Part shown: piece by piece, positions 1 to 9,964 of the stretch
How the letters are laid out: the number at the start of each line of letters is the position of its first letter
How positions within the stretch are numbered: position 1 is the stretch's first letter
NCBI GenBank assembly: GCA_017536685.1
Contig: JAFXGW010000011.1
Coordinates: 25,958-89,957, forward strand
Direction: 5' to 3'
Length of the DNA: 64,000 nt
Origin: Clostridia bacterium
GTDB lineage: Bacteria; Bacillota; Clostridia; TANB77; CAG-508
Program-made: the position numbers and the translations under genes
Notes under the pieces: generated by a model
Database searches by the model: none
What the model saw: only the letters and a program-made list of their open reading frames with translations
What the model was told of the DNA's origin: nothing

Positions 1-697
1 AACCATTTCCAAGTAAAACAACTTTATCACCTTTTAAAAATATTTCTGAAATTGTAAATCTTTCATCATCAGTTTTTATCTTTATATTTGAAACAACTTC
101 TAAAGTATCTGCTTTTACTATATGAAGCACTCCATTTAAAACATAATAAATATGTTCTCCATCTGTTTTTACAATATCTGCCTCATCAACATTTTCTACT
201 TGAGTATTAGTTGTAGAATAGTCGTTTTTTGAAGCAGAAGATAAAGCTTCTGTCGCTACCAAATCACTTACTGTATCTCTGTTTGTCTTTGATTCTGCAA
301 CACTTTGTTCTACTTCTAAATTACTTGTTACCCCTTTGTTAATAGCATCATCAAAATAAATTCTGTTATATCCGCTAGAATCTAGTTTTAAAGCTTCCTT
401 TAATTGTTCTATACTTTCAAATCTTGGAAGCTCTGCATTTGCAATTATTATTTCTTCTGTTTTTTCATCTTTAGATTTATCTGCAAATTCTGTGTCAATT
501 GGATTTGAAACTTTATTCATAGAATTAATTCCAACAAAAAATAATACTAATACTGCAGCACAAGTTGATAAATATTTTAAAGCAGAATATTTTTTTGATT
601 TAGCTGCATATTTTGCATTTTCAAAAGCTTTTTCTTTTAGTTCATCGCTTGCATGAATTTGCTCTATTGCTTTTTTATAATTATCTTGATTATTCAT
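1..697 (-). CDS. membrane-anchored putative anti-sigma factor (start present, 3' end beyond window edge)
   Basis: ATG at 695-697 preceded by AAGGAGG. 8-nt overlap with the stop of the upstream ECF sigma gene. Short cytoplasmic N-terminus, one TM helix (CAAVLVLFFVGI), then an extracytoplasmic domain. The frame stays open to position 1. Confidence 0.5.
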   Translation of the reverse strand, partial: MNNQDNYKKAIEQIHASDELKEKAFENAKYAAKSKKYSALKYLSTCAAVLVLFFVGINSMNKVSNPIDTEFADKSKDEKTEEIIIANAELPRFESIEQLKEALKLDSSGYNRIYFDDAINKGVTSNLEVEQSVAESKTNRDTVSDLVATEALSSASKNDYSTTNTQVENVDEADIVKTDGEHIYYVLNGVLHIVKADTLEVVSNIKIKTDDERFTISEIFLKGDKVVLLGNG

Positions 698-1166
698 TCT
701 CAAAACCTCCTTCTAATTCTTGTTTTAAAATTTCTCTTGCTCTATAAAGCCATATTTTAATTGTACCTTCTGGCTTACTCATAAGCTTAGAAATTTCATG
801 CACTTTGTATCCTTCATAGTATAGTAGATAGATTACAGTTCTATAATTTTGAGGTAATGTACAAACTACACCATAAACATCATTTTCTTCTTTAGTTTTA
901 AAAACTATATTTTCATCTAACCTAACTACTTTTTTGTTCCATGCAGATTCTTTTATATTTTTTGTTAAATTTATAGTAACTCTAATAAACCATGCTTTTT
1001 CATGTTCTTCACTTTCAAATTTAGGATTCTTTTCACTAAATCTCATAAATACTTCTTGAAAAATATCTTCAGCTGTTTCAATAGATTTACATCTTGTTAA
1101 AGCAATTCTATAAACTAAGTCTGCATATTCTTCTATTTTTTCTTTTAAATATGTATCTTTTTGCAT
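690..1166 (-). CDS. RNA polymerase ECF-type sigma-70 factor
   Basis: 158 aa. Region-2-like (DLVYRIALTRCKS...EDIFQEVF) and region-4 HTH (YRTVIYLLYYEGYKVHEISKLMSKPEGTIKIWLYRAR). RBS TAGGAGGT upstream. Confidence 0.85.
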   Translation of the reverse strand: MQKDTYLKEKIEEYADLVYRIALTRCKSIETAEDIFQEVFMRFSEKNPKFESEEHEKAWFIRVTINLTKNIKESAWNKKVVRLDENIVFKTKEENDVYGVVCTLPQNYRTVIYLLYYEGYKVHEISKLMSKPEGTIKIWLYRAREILKQELEGGFENE

Positions 1167-1365
1167 TTTAACCTCCTATCTACTAATAATACAAATCAAA
1201 ATGCCATTTGGTTTCAAAAATTTTAAATTTTTTTATAATTTTGCATATTTATTTCTATTTAACATTTAAAATAGTGTAATTCAAATAGATTATATCTTTT
1301 ATTACATTTTATATTAAAAGCAAAAATCGCCGTACAAATAATTTATGTTACGACGATTTTGTACT

Positions 1366-2493
1366 TTATTTATTTTCACTTTCTAATTGTAAATATTCTG
1401 AATTATTAATTTTCATGGCAAAATATGGTTTTTCTTTATTCTCTTCTTTTACAAAAATTACAAAAGGTTTTGTAAAATAGAAAAGTCTTGCATTTGTACT
1501 TGGAGCTGACATTGAATCTGTAATAATTGCAGCTTCACTAAATATTAGCCCACCTTCGCTATTTAAATTAAATTTAATGTTTTGAATAGCTTTTGATATA
1601 TATTCACTATTCGTATTTTTTATTATTTTATTACACAACTCATCATAACTAATATTTACATCAATATCTATACAAGGAATCTTTAACTCATCATAATAAT
1701 TTGAGAATTTCTTATTCCCTTCAAAACTGCTAGATAAATTTAAAAGTTCATTATATAAATTTTCGAAATTATCTTCTTTATCAGTTCTATACAAAATAAC
1801 TTCTTCATTTTCTTTTGTTTTTAATTTAACAGCACACTCATTAGATATAACACCAGTATTATCTACATTTTTAGGATCCCAATATAAAACTTCAACATTA
1901 TCACATAATTTTGCTTCACTATCTTCATCTATACCAAATATTTTTACTTTTTCAGAATTACCATCTTTTCCTGTAAAAATTCCTGGTTTTAAATCATCAA
2001 ATTTTTCTAAAAAAGTAAAATTCTTTTTTAGCATTGAATATATTAAAATTCCATTTGAATTATCTAATTCTTGTCCTTCAAGAATTTTCGCACCATCTTT
2101 TATATTAAATTTTTCTTTTAAATCTTTATCGATTTCATTTTTTAATTTTCCTGATGCTTTTCCTTGTTTTACATAATAGCTATTTTCAGAAAGCATCTCT
2201 TTAGTGAAATTTCTTTGGTTTAATTCGCTTGCAAGTAAACTTTCTGTTTCTTCGAATTCTACTGTTCCACCTGCATAATCCATAAGCTCGTTCCATGCTA
2301 CTTGAAAAGTTCCACACCAAATTGTATCTAAATTACTATTACTAACTGTTTTTGAATATACTTTTGAAGTCTCATATCTTGGCTTTACAAGTTTAAATTT
2401 ATAACCATATTCATTTTTAAACACATACATTCCAACTATTAAAACAGCCAAAAGTATTGCAAATAAATATATTATCAAAAACTTTTTCTTCAT
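1366..2493 (-). CDS. serpin-family protease inhibitor with N-terminal membrane anchor
   Basis: 375 aa. N-terminal TM segment. C-terminus carries a serpin hinge (SEAAIIT) and an s1C/s4B signature (FTKPFVIFVKEENKEKPYFAMKINN, compare alpha1-antitrypsin [26 protein letters not shown]). RBS AGGAGA. Confidence 0.6.
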   Translation of the reverse strand: MKKKFLIIYLFAILLAVLIVGMYVFKNEYGYKFKLVKPRYETSKVYSKTVSNSNLDTIWCGTFQVAWNELMDYAGGTVEFEETESLLASELNQRNFTKEMLSENSYYVKQGKASGKLKNEIDKDLKEKFNIKDGAKILEGQELDNSNGILIYSMLKKNFTFLEKFDDLKPGIFTGKDGNSEKVKIFGIDEDSEAKLCDNVEVLYWDPKNVDNTGVISNECAVKLKTKENEEVILYRTDKEDNFENLYNELLNLSSSFEGNKKFSNYYDELKIPCIDIDVNISYDELCNKIIKNTNSEYISKAIQNIKFNLNSEGGLIFSEAAIITDSMSAPSTNARLFYFTKPFVIFVKEENKEKPYFAMKINNSEYLQLESENK

Positions 2494-2691
2494 AAGTAAT
2501 TCTCCTTATTATAAAAATATAATTACAAATTCTTTATATCATATAGCTCATTTTCATTCAATAATTATTGTCATTTTTCAAAAAAACTTATTTGCCCCGT
2601 CTTTGTTCGTGTGCCAAATTTTATATAATAAAATTTGTGTACAACAATCATGCAAAGCATTTTATTTAATAGAAAAGGAGAACTTTCCTAT

Positions 2692-2764
2692 TAAATAAAA
2701 AAATAAAAAGCTATAGTATCCTGAAGTATTTTACTTACATAACTCTTCAGTTTTCTATAGCTTT
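2692..2764 (-). terminator. rho-independent terminator (long imperfect hairpin plus T-run) downstream of the acyl-CoA ligase gene
   Basis: Inverted repeat aagctatag...ctgaag / cttcag...ctatagctt, followed on the minus strand by TTTATTTTTTATTT. Confidence 0.45.
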
Positions 2765-2843
2765 TATTATTTTCTATTTTTATTTGTTGTTTTATTATCA
2801 CTTTTGTTTATTGTTTTTATTCGTTGCTTTTTTATTATCATTT

Positions 2844-4568
2844 TTATTTATTATTTAAAATCAACTTCATTTCCTCTTGTCTCTTTACTTTTTTAGTAGT
2901 TGTTTTAATTAATTCTTTATCTGTTAAAATCATATTTTGCATATATTTATATCTTGGGAATGATTTGTTAATCTCTTTAATTTGTTCCCATAAAATTTTA
3001 TGAAGTTCTTCTTCTGTTTTTCCTGGATATTTGTTTTCTGCAGTATCTTTGTTATAAACAACTTTTACAGATAATTTTACATCATTTTTATCTTCTTCAG
3101 ATGGCATTCCAAATACCATACATTCTTCAACTAATTCTAATCTGTTTACTAATGTTTCAAGTTCTTCTGGAAATACTTTTTTACCATTAGCTAAAACTAT
3201 CATATTTTTATTTCTTCCTGTTATATGAAGACATCCATCTAAATCAAAATATCCTAAGTCTCCTGTGTAGAACCATCCGTCTCTTAAAACTTCTGCTGTT
3301 TCCTCTGGCATTTCATAATATCCAAGCATTACACATGGACCTTTTGCTCTAATTTCTCCAATTCCACATTCATCTTTATCTGCAATTTCAACTTCAAAAC
3401 TTGGCATTGGATGACCACAAGTTCCGTTCTTTTTAAGTTTTGCATTTTCAGCACAAACAACAGGAGACGTTTCTGAAAGTCCATATCCTTGAAGAGTTGT
3501 TATTCCAAAATTATCAAATGCTTGTAATATTTTCGGATCTGCAGGAGCACCACCAACTATTACAAGTCTTAAAGCTCCTCCTAAACCATCTATAACTGCT
3601 TTGTAAACTTTTCTTCTAATATCAATTCCTATTTTCAATAAAAAATTAGTAATTGGTGTTGCTATTTTAATTAATTTTGTTTTTCCTTGTTTTTCAATCT
3701 CTTTCATTACTGCTTTATGGATTGATTCCATAAGAAGTGGAACACCAACAAACATTGTTACTTTGTATTCAACTAAGTTTTGTTTTACATATCTTAATCC
3801 ATCAGCAAATACTATTTTTACACCGCAAGCTAATGTATAAGCCATACATGTAGAACCAAATATGTGGTGAAATGGCAATAATGCAATACTTGTATCTGTT
3901 GAGTTAATATCTTCCATAGATTGCAAGTCATGGACATTTGAAGCTACATTTCTGTGTGATAACATAACTGCTTTTGATTGTGCTGTTGTTCCTGATGTAA
4001 ATAATAAAATTGCCATTGCATCATTATCAACTTCATGATTTATATAATTATTATTTCCGTTTTCAAGTTCTTTTTCTCCAATTTTTAATAGTTCTGGAAT
4101 AGAATCGAACCCATCATTTTCACTCATGCAAATGAATTTTTTTAAATTTGTTTTTTCTTGATTTTTAATTTTTGTAACATTCTCTGATAATTTTTCATCA
4201 AATACTATTACATCTGCTTTGCTTCTAATTAATGATCTTTCAAGTTCATCATATTGTAAGTCTTTATCAAGTGGAACTGAAACAATTCCTCCAAGCAAAT
4301 TTGATATATGAGCTAAAGCCCATTCATATCTATTTTTTCCTATTATTGCAACTCTTTTTCCTTTTAATCCCAATTTATAAAGAGCTGTTCCAAGTTTATT
4401 AATATCTTCTAAAAATCTTTTATAAGTAACATTTTCGTATTCTACTTCTTTTCCATTTTGATGTTTAATTACAAATGCAATATTTTCACTATATTTTTTT
4501 ACTGCATTGTAAATAACTTCTTTCATGTTTTTTACTTCTGGAACATTAAATATTCTTTCTGACTTCAT
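2844..4568 (-). CDS. long-chain fatty acid--CoA ligase (AMP-binding enzyme)
   Basis: 574 aa. AMP-binding motif LFTSGTTAQSKAVMLSHRN. Motif II GYGLSETSP. C-terminal GWFYTGDLGYFDLDG. Confidence 0.85.
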   Translation of the reverse strand: MKSERIFNVPEVKNMKEVIYNAVKKYSENIAFVIKHQNGKEVEYENVTYKRFLEDINKLGTALYKLGLKGKRVAIIGKNRYEWALAHISNLLGGIVSVPLDKDLQYDELERSLIRSKADVIVFDEKLSENVTKIKNQEKTNLKKFICMSENDGFDSIPELLKIGEKELENGNNNYINHEVDNDAMAILLFTSGTTAQSKAVMLSHRNVASNVHDLQSMEDINSTDTSIALLPFHHIFGSTCMAYTLACGVKIVFADGLRYVKQNLVEYKVTMFVGVPLLMESIHKAVMKEIEKQGKTKLIKIATPITNFLLKIGIDIRRKVYKAVIDGLGGALRLVIVGGAPADPKILQAFDNFGITTLQGYGLSETSPVVCAENAKLKKNGTCGHPMPSFEVEIADKDECGIGEIRAKGPCVMLGYYEMPEETAEVLRDGWFYTGDLGYFDLDGCLHITGRNKNMIVLANGKKVFPEELETLVNRLELVEECMVFGMPSEEDKNDVKLSVKVVYNKDTAENKYPGKTEEELHKILWEQIKEINKSFPRYKYMQNMILTDKELIKTTTKKVKRQEEMKLILNNK

Positions 4569-4812
4569 ATTTCTCCCTTCATATTATAATTATTTTGCTT
4601 CAATAATTATAATAAATTCAAAATAAAGTATATTTATAATATATTTCAAAGTGATTATAATACACAAAATGTTTTTTGTAAATATTAGACTAAGTGGTCA
4701 AAACTATTTATTTTAATTTCACAATTCATCTAATCTAGTTTCAAATACCAGGTTTGCGAGGTTTATAAAATTCAATTCATAAAAAATTAATTAAATTTTA
4801 ATATTTTTAATT

Positions 4813-4847
4813 TTTATAAAAAAACAAGGAGCCCAAATTCGGGCTCC
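4813..4847 (-). terminator. rho-independent terminator
   Basis: GC-rich hairpin ggagcccgaatttgggctcc, followed on the minus strand by TTGTTTTTTTAT. Confidence 0.6.
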
Positions 4848-5057
4848 TACACTGTTACCGTGATTTTTCCGCATATTAACATAGGTGTCTGTATTCAGTC
4901 TTTACATAATAATATTTTTCAGGCGGGAATGTTTTGCATTACTTTCAATCAATTCATAGCTATGTTGTATCACATAATTTTTGTTATGTCAAATTGTCAT
5001 TTCTCGAATAAATTTCTTTAAATTCTATTTCTCTTCTCAAAACCATTTGCATTTAAT

Positions 5058-6767
5058 TTATTGTTCAATCATCTTCATTTCCTCTTGTCTTTTAATTTTG
5101 TTTGTTGTTGTTTTTATAAGTGGTTTTTCTGATAATATAATTCCTTTTATACCTTTATAAGCTGGCATTGTTTCATTTAAATCTTTTATTCTATCAAAGA
5201 TTGCTTTATGAATTTCTTCTTCTGTTTCAGCTTTATAAGCAAGCTTCATTATATCTTTATCATATATAATTTTTGCATGAACTCTTATATCATCTTTATC
5301 TTTTTTGTTTGATTTTCCAAAAATGAAAGATTCTTTTACACCTTCAATTCTGTTTATTAAATTTTCCATTTCTTCTGGGAAAATGTTTTTTCCGTTTTTT
5401 AGAACAATAACACTTTTCTTTCTTCCCATTATAAAAATAAAACCATCTTCATCAATTTTGGCTAAATCTCCTGTATGGAACCATCCATCTACAATTGCTT
5501 CTTTTGTTGCTTCTTCATTATTATAATACCCAAGCATTATTGTTGGACCTTTAACTAAAAGTTCTCCAACACCTTCGCTATTAGGTTCTTCTATTTTAAC
5601 TTCTAAGCTCGGATAACACTTTCCTATTGAACCAGCCTTTTTAAATTCATCAGATTCTATTGCAACAACAGGAGAAGTTTCTGTTAATCCATAACCTTGT
5701 AATAAATTTAAACCAAAATCTCTATATCCTTGAACTACATTTTTATCTATTGCAGCTGCACCACTTATGAATGTTTTTACATGTCCACCAAACATTTCAT
5801 GAATATCTTTAAATACTTTTTTTCTTTTCTCCATTGTTGCATCTTTATATTTTTTAAGTAATTTTAAAGTATCTTCTTTTTTACCATCTTTTTCTAATTT
5901 TTTCCAAACATTTTTATACATATTTTCAAAAATTGCTGGAACACATGCTGCAAAAGTAATTTTATATTCTTTATAATTTTCTTGCATATGTCTTATTCCG
6001 TCACAAAAAGATGTTTGAGCACCTCTATATAATGCAAGCAAAAATCCTACTGTACATTCAAAAACATGATGTATTGGTAAGAATGATAAGAATCTATCAT
6101 CTGAATTTACATTTAACATTGTAGCTATATCCATTAAATTACTACATAAATTTCTATGACACAATGCTACAACCTTTGATTCAGAAGTTGTTCCAGATGT
6201 AAAAAGCATTATTCTCATTTCTTCTGGATCTATTTCGCTATCAATAAATGCTCTATTTCCATTTTTTAATAAAACTTCTCCAAACTCAATTAATTCTGAC
6301 CAAGAATAAATTCCGTTTTTATGAGTTTTAGAATCCATAGAAATTAAACGTTTTAAATTTCCTGTTTCTTCTAAAACTAATTTCTTCAAAGTTTGCTCAT
6401 ATTTTTCTGAATATATAACTGCTTCAACTTCAGATCTTTCAATTAATCTTTTAAGTTCGTTTTCCGGAAGTGATTTGTCAAATGGAACTACTGTACCAAC
6501 TCCACAAACTACAGCTAAATATGAAATTTCCCATTCATATCTATTTTCACCAATTACTCCAATACGTTTTCCTTGAAGTCCTAATGTTGTAAGAGCTGTT
6601 CCTAAAGCATCAATCATATCCCTTACTTCTTTATGTGTAATTATTTTATATTTTTTATTTTCATCTTTGATTTTATATGCTGGTTTATTTTTAAAAATCT
6701 CTTTTGTCTTGTTTAGCATATCTTTTAAGTCATGTATTTGCAATACATCTTCTTTTTTACTCATCAA
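5058..6767 (-). CDS. long-chain fatty acid--CoA ligase (AMP-binding enzyme), paralogue of 2844..4568
   Basis: 569 aa. MLFTSGTTSESKVVALCHRN, GYGLTETSP, GWFHTGDLAKIDEDG. Confidence 0.85.
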   Translation of the reverse strand: MMSKKEDVLQIHDLKDMLNKTKEIFKNKPAYKIKDENKKYKIITHKEVRDMIDALGTALTTLGLQGKRIGVIGENRYEWEISYLAVVCGVGTVVPFDKSLPENELKRLIERSEVEAVIYSEKYEQTLKKLVLEETGNLKRLISMDSKTHKNGIYSWSELIEFGEVLLKNGNRAFIDSEIDPEEMRIMLFTSGTTSESKVVALCHRNLCSNLMDIATMLNVNSDDRFLSFLPIHHVFECTVGFLLALYRGAQTSFCDGIRHMQENYKEYKITFAACVPAIFENMYKNVWKKLEKDGKKEDTLKLLKKYKDATMEKRKKVFKDIHEMFGGHVKTFISGAAAIDKNVVQGYRDFGLNLLQGYGLTETSPVVAIESDEFKKAGSIGKCYPSLEVKIEEPNSEGVGELLVKGPTIMLGYYNNEEATKEAIVDGWFHTGDLAKIDEDGFIFIMGRKKSVIVLKNGKNIFPEEMENLINRIEGVKESFIFGKSNKKDKDDIRVHAKIIYDKDIMKLAYKAETEEEIHKAIFDRIKDLNETMPAYKGIKGIILSEKPLIKTTTNKIKRQEEMKMIEQ

Positions 6768-7003
6768 TACCTCCTTAGTAAAATCTATATTTTATTTATA
6801 TCATATAATTTAAAAAAAAACAATTAAACTGACTGGTCAAAATTTTATAGTAATTAGTAAAAAATTGTCAAACTTTAGATTTTACATTAATTTTAAATAT
6901 TATACTATTAAATCACAAATCAAAAAAGAACTTTAGATAATTATTATCTAAAGTTCTTTTTGATAAATATTCACTTCCGCATAAGTTCCCGAAAACATCT
7001 CTT

Positions 7004-8950
7004 CTAGCTACTTTGGCCAGGGCATTTTGCTAAAGCATCTGTTACTGCAAACATAGTAATTGCTATATCGTCCTTAAATGAATTTATACTAAAACTATGA
7101 TTTGACTCATACCAATTTGGAGCTTTTATATTAATTTTTTCGAAGCGAGAAATCCATTTACTTAAAACATCTAAAGAATATGCATAAGGTAACATATCGA
7201 AAAAATAGTTTGGATTTTGATATAGCATTTTCTCAAGTTCTTCTTTTTCTGCCGTTTCCAAAAATCTCTTAAACCCTCTAATTCTTCCTAAAATTTCATT
7301 TCCATGAGTAGTTCTCTTGTCCATATATTTTTTTATAATTGCAAGTATTACAATACAAATTAATCCTATTGCATATGTTAAAATATATCTCTTATTTTGT
7401 AATAATATTGGAAGAATCAAAACGCTCCATGATCCACCACCAAAAAGACTAGCCCATACTAAAATAGAAAAATTTTTAGCCAACGGATCAGTAATAGGTA
7501 TTCCTGACCTTCTGTCACGAACAATTCCTTTTGGGGTATTAAATACCCAATTATCTACTATGATAAAAGCAATCAATGGAAATGCTATTGCGAACATTAA
7601 TGGTCCATTATCCATATTCGAATTTAATATTGGTTTAATTGTTATTAAAATAAATATCGTAATCATCATCATAACTAGCAATATTTTTATTTTGCTTGCA
7701 GTTTTATCAAATATTTTAAATTTGCTAAGTTTTGAATTCAATTCATATTGTATTTCTTCTAAAGTTCTATAAAATTTGTCATATAGTTCATATTCTGCAA
7801 CAAATGTCCTACCGCTTTTAAATAATCCATTAAAAAAGTTTTTTTCATTTTCATTGTTTCCATCATATTCTTTTAATTTAAAAATTCTAAAACTATCTTT
7901 TTGTTTTGTAAAATCAGGTTCTCCAAATTGTTCGATTTTTAAGTATCCTTTACTTGCTAATTCAATTAATAATGAAACTACTCCTTTAAGAGAAGATGAA
8001 CCTTCATATAATAGTCCTACCTCAGCGGAATCTAAACCATCTGGCGGATAAACCTCTACAGTTTCAACAACCTCATCGTCTTTTCCATAAGTTCTCCATA
8101 ATATGTATGCTACTATGACACATGCTATAGAAAAAATGACAATCCTATTTGCGTAATTGTTATCCTCTTTAGTATTCAAATTAATAAAATATCCTTCTGG
8201 CAAATTCAATTTAATTGCTAGTTTTTCTCCATATTCTAATGTTCTGTCTATTTTACCAGTTATAATATTCCCATACACTTTATAATCAATATCTGGTGAT
8301 GAACTCATAGAATCAGTTTCACCTATTAAAAAACGAACATCTGAAGAATCAATTTCTTTTGGCATAGTTATTTTAAAGGAAATATCATCTATACGAGTTC
8401 CCCATTCATTGCCAATCAAATTTAAATAAAACCCCTCAAAATTCTTGAATATATTGTAGTTATATTTTATTTTATATGTTTTTTTTCCTTTTAAGCTTTC
8501 GTTTTCGTCTCCAATTTTTATAACTTTATATCTATCCTCTGAATAAGTTGTAAAATTATCTGTAACTTCAATATCCGTTATTTTTGCAAAATAATTATAT
8601 TCTATACCAGCAAATGGTGTTTTTATTGAGTCATCTACAGTTATTTTTCTAATAAACTCTGGTGTATTAGTATGAAAATTCACTGTAATAGTTTCAATAA
8701 TATCAATGTCATTATTATTATTAATTACCATATCTATTTTATAGTTTGTTATAGAATAATCTAAATTACCACTATCTAATTGAGTATACTCTGTAATATC
8801 TAAATCATTATCATTTAAATCGCTCTCTGAATATTGGGGAATAGAAGTAATTTGAGATGCATTAGAACAGTTCGGCAACATTACTAATAATATTGAAAAT
8901 ATTATTAATAGTATGCTTTTGAATTTATTTTTTATCATCTTATAGTCCAC
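7004..8950 (-). CDS. large membrane protein with signal peptide, N-terminal extracytoplasmic domain and multiple TM helices (DUF2207-like architecture)
   Basis: 648 aa. Signal peptide MIKNKFKSILLIIFSILLVMLPNCSNA. Hydrophobic segments near residues 270-290 and 430-560. Confidence 0.4.
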   Translation of the reverse strand: MDYKMIKNKFKSILLIIFSILLVMLPNCSNASQITSIPQYSESDLNDNDLDITEYTQLDSGNLDYSITNYKIDMVINNNNDIDIIETITVNFHTNTPEFIRKITVDDSIKTPFAGIEYNYFAKITDIEVTDNFTTYSEDRYKVIKIGDENESLKGKKTYKIKYNYNIFKNFEGFYLNLIGNEWGTRIDDISFKITMPKEIDSSDVRFLIGETDSMSSSPDIDYKVYGNIITGKIDRTLEYGEKLAIKLNLPEGYFINLNTKEDNNYANRIVIFSIACVIVAYILWRTYGKDDEVVETVEVYPPDGLDSAEVGLLYEGSSSLKGVVSLLIELASKGYLKIEQFGEPDFTKQKDSFRIFKLKEYDGNNENEKNFFNGLFKSGRTFVAEYELYDKFYRTLEEIQYELNSKLSKFKIFDKTASKIKILLVMMMITIFILITIKPILNSNMDNGPLMFAIAFPLIAFIIVDNWVFNTPKGIVRDRRSGIPITDPLAKNFSILVWASLFGGGSWSVLILPILLQNKRYILTYAIGLICIVILAIIKKYMDKRTTHGNEILGRIRGFKRFLETAEKEELEKMLYQNPNYFFDMLPYAYSLDVLSKWISRFEKINIKAPNWYESNHSFSINSFKDDIAITMFAVTDALAKCPGQSS

Positions 8951-8960
8951 CTTTACATTA

Positions 8961-9845
8961 TTATATATTTATCCATGTTTGCACAATTTTTTTGTCTATT
9001 CTTAAATTTCCTTTTCCTACAGCTAAATTTATTCCCGGTTTATTGTCCCCATGACAATCACTTCCACCACTCATTAACAAATTATTATCTTTGCAATAAT
9101 TTACTATGTAATCAATTTGTTCATTCGAAAAACTACTGTGATAGCATTCGAATCCATCTATGTCATAATTTTCGTGTAAATCTTTTATAAAGCTTTTTTT
9201 ATCCTCAGCCCATTTATAAATAAAAGCATGTGCCACTATTGCAATTCCATCAGATTTTTTTACAGCATTTATTGCTTCAGATAAACTTGGATAATCATTT
9301 GATTTATCAATATAGAAAGGTCCATTCATATCTGCACAATATTTTTTAGTGAAAGTTGTAAAATCATTCCAAAAATCCTCTGGTATCATTTCCTTATTCT
9401 CTTCATGACTTTTTAATTCTTTATATACAGTTACACTTGCCCAATCATTTTCTGGATTCCAAATAATACTTTCCTTCGGAGCCATTTCTAACCCCATTTT
9501 TATACAAGCATCATATAAAATATTAAAATATTTTTTTTGAGTATCTTTTCTTTGTCTATTTTTATAAAATTCTCCAAGCCATTTTTCCATTTTTTCTTTA
9601 TTATAATTATATCCTAATATTTCAATTAATCTGCCTTTATATAAACATTTTAGTTCAATTCCTTGAACTAACTTTCCAGAAAAATAATCTTCAACTTTTA
9701 AATTTTCAAATTCATTATAAGCTTTACAATTATCATGGTCTGTTATAGAGATACACTCTAAACTAAGTTCTTCAGCTTTTTCTAATAATTCTTTTACAGA
9801 ATATGTTCCATCAGAATATTTTGTATGTATATGCATATCTATCAT
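8961..9845 (-). CDS. PHP-domain metal-dependent phosphoesterase
   Basis: 294 aa. N-terminal MIDMHIHTKYSDG...ISITDHD PHP signature. Further downstream His/Asp clusters (VAHAF, GGSDCHG). Confidence 0.7.
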   Translation of the reverse strand: MIDMHIHTKYSDGTYSVKELLEKAEELSLECISITDHDNCKAYNEFENLKVEDYFSGKLVQGIELKCLYKGRLIEILGYNYNKEKMEKWLGEFYKNRQRKDTQKKYFNILYDACIKMGLEMAPKESIIWNPENDWASVTVYKELKSHEENKEMIPEDFWNDFTTFTKKYCADMNGPFYIDKSNDYPSLSEAINAVKKSDGIAIVAHAFIYKWAEDKKSFIKDLHENYDIDGFECYHSSFSNEQIDYIVNYCKDNNLLMSGGSDCHGDNKPGINLAVGKGNLRIDKKIVQTWINI

Positions 9846-9964
9846 GTTATTATCTCCTTTTAGATTATGTAATAAAGTTATACATCTATTTCAAGTACAA
9901 TATTTATCAACCATTTTGCTGACATAATCTAAATTTTTATTTTCAATTATAATTATTTTTAAGT

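Noticed and set aside
2770-2845. T-rich quasi-repetitive tract (ttttattattttctatttttatttgttgtttt...) as a possible tandem repeat or CRISPR-like array
   Set aside because: It has no regular unit length or spacer structure. It is simple AT/T-rich low-complexity sequence in a terminator/RBS region.
4695-6843. Shared TGGTCAAAA-containing motif upstream of both acyl-CoA ligase genes (4695-4703 and 6835-6843) as a possible common operator
   Set aside because: Only a 9-nt match. The two sites are at different distances and positions relative to the putative -35/-10 elements of the two genes. Too weak without a comparative search.
7317-8051. Plus-strand ORFs (151 aa, 91 aa) inside the DUF2207-like gene. 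Numerous similar 60-150-aa antisense ORFs across the window (for example 5305..5526, 10505..10747, 27674..28339, 36678..37369, 41714..42109).
   Set aside because: They are low-complexity I/L/F/S-rich translations of the antisense strand of AT-rich genes. None has an RBS or conservation signal, and all sit fully inside strongly supported minus-strand genes.
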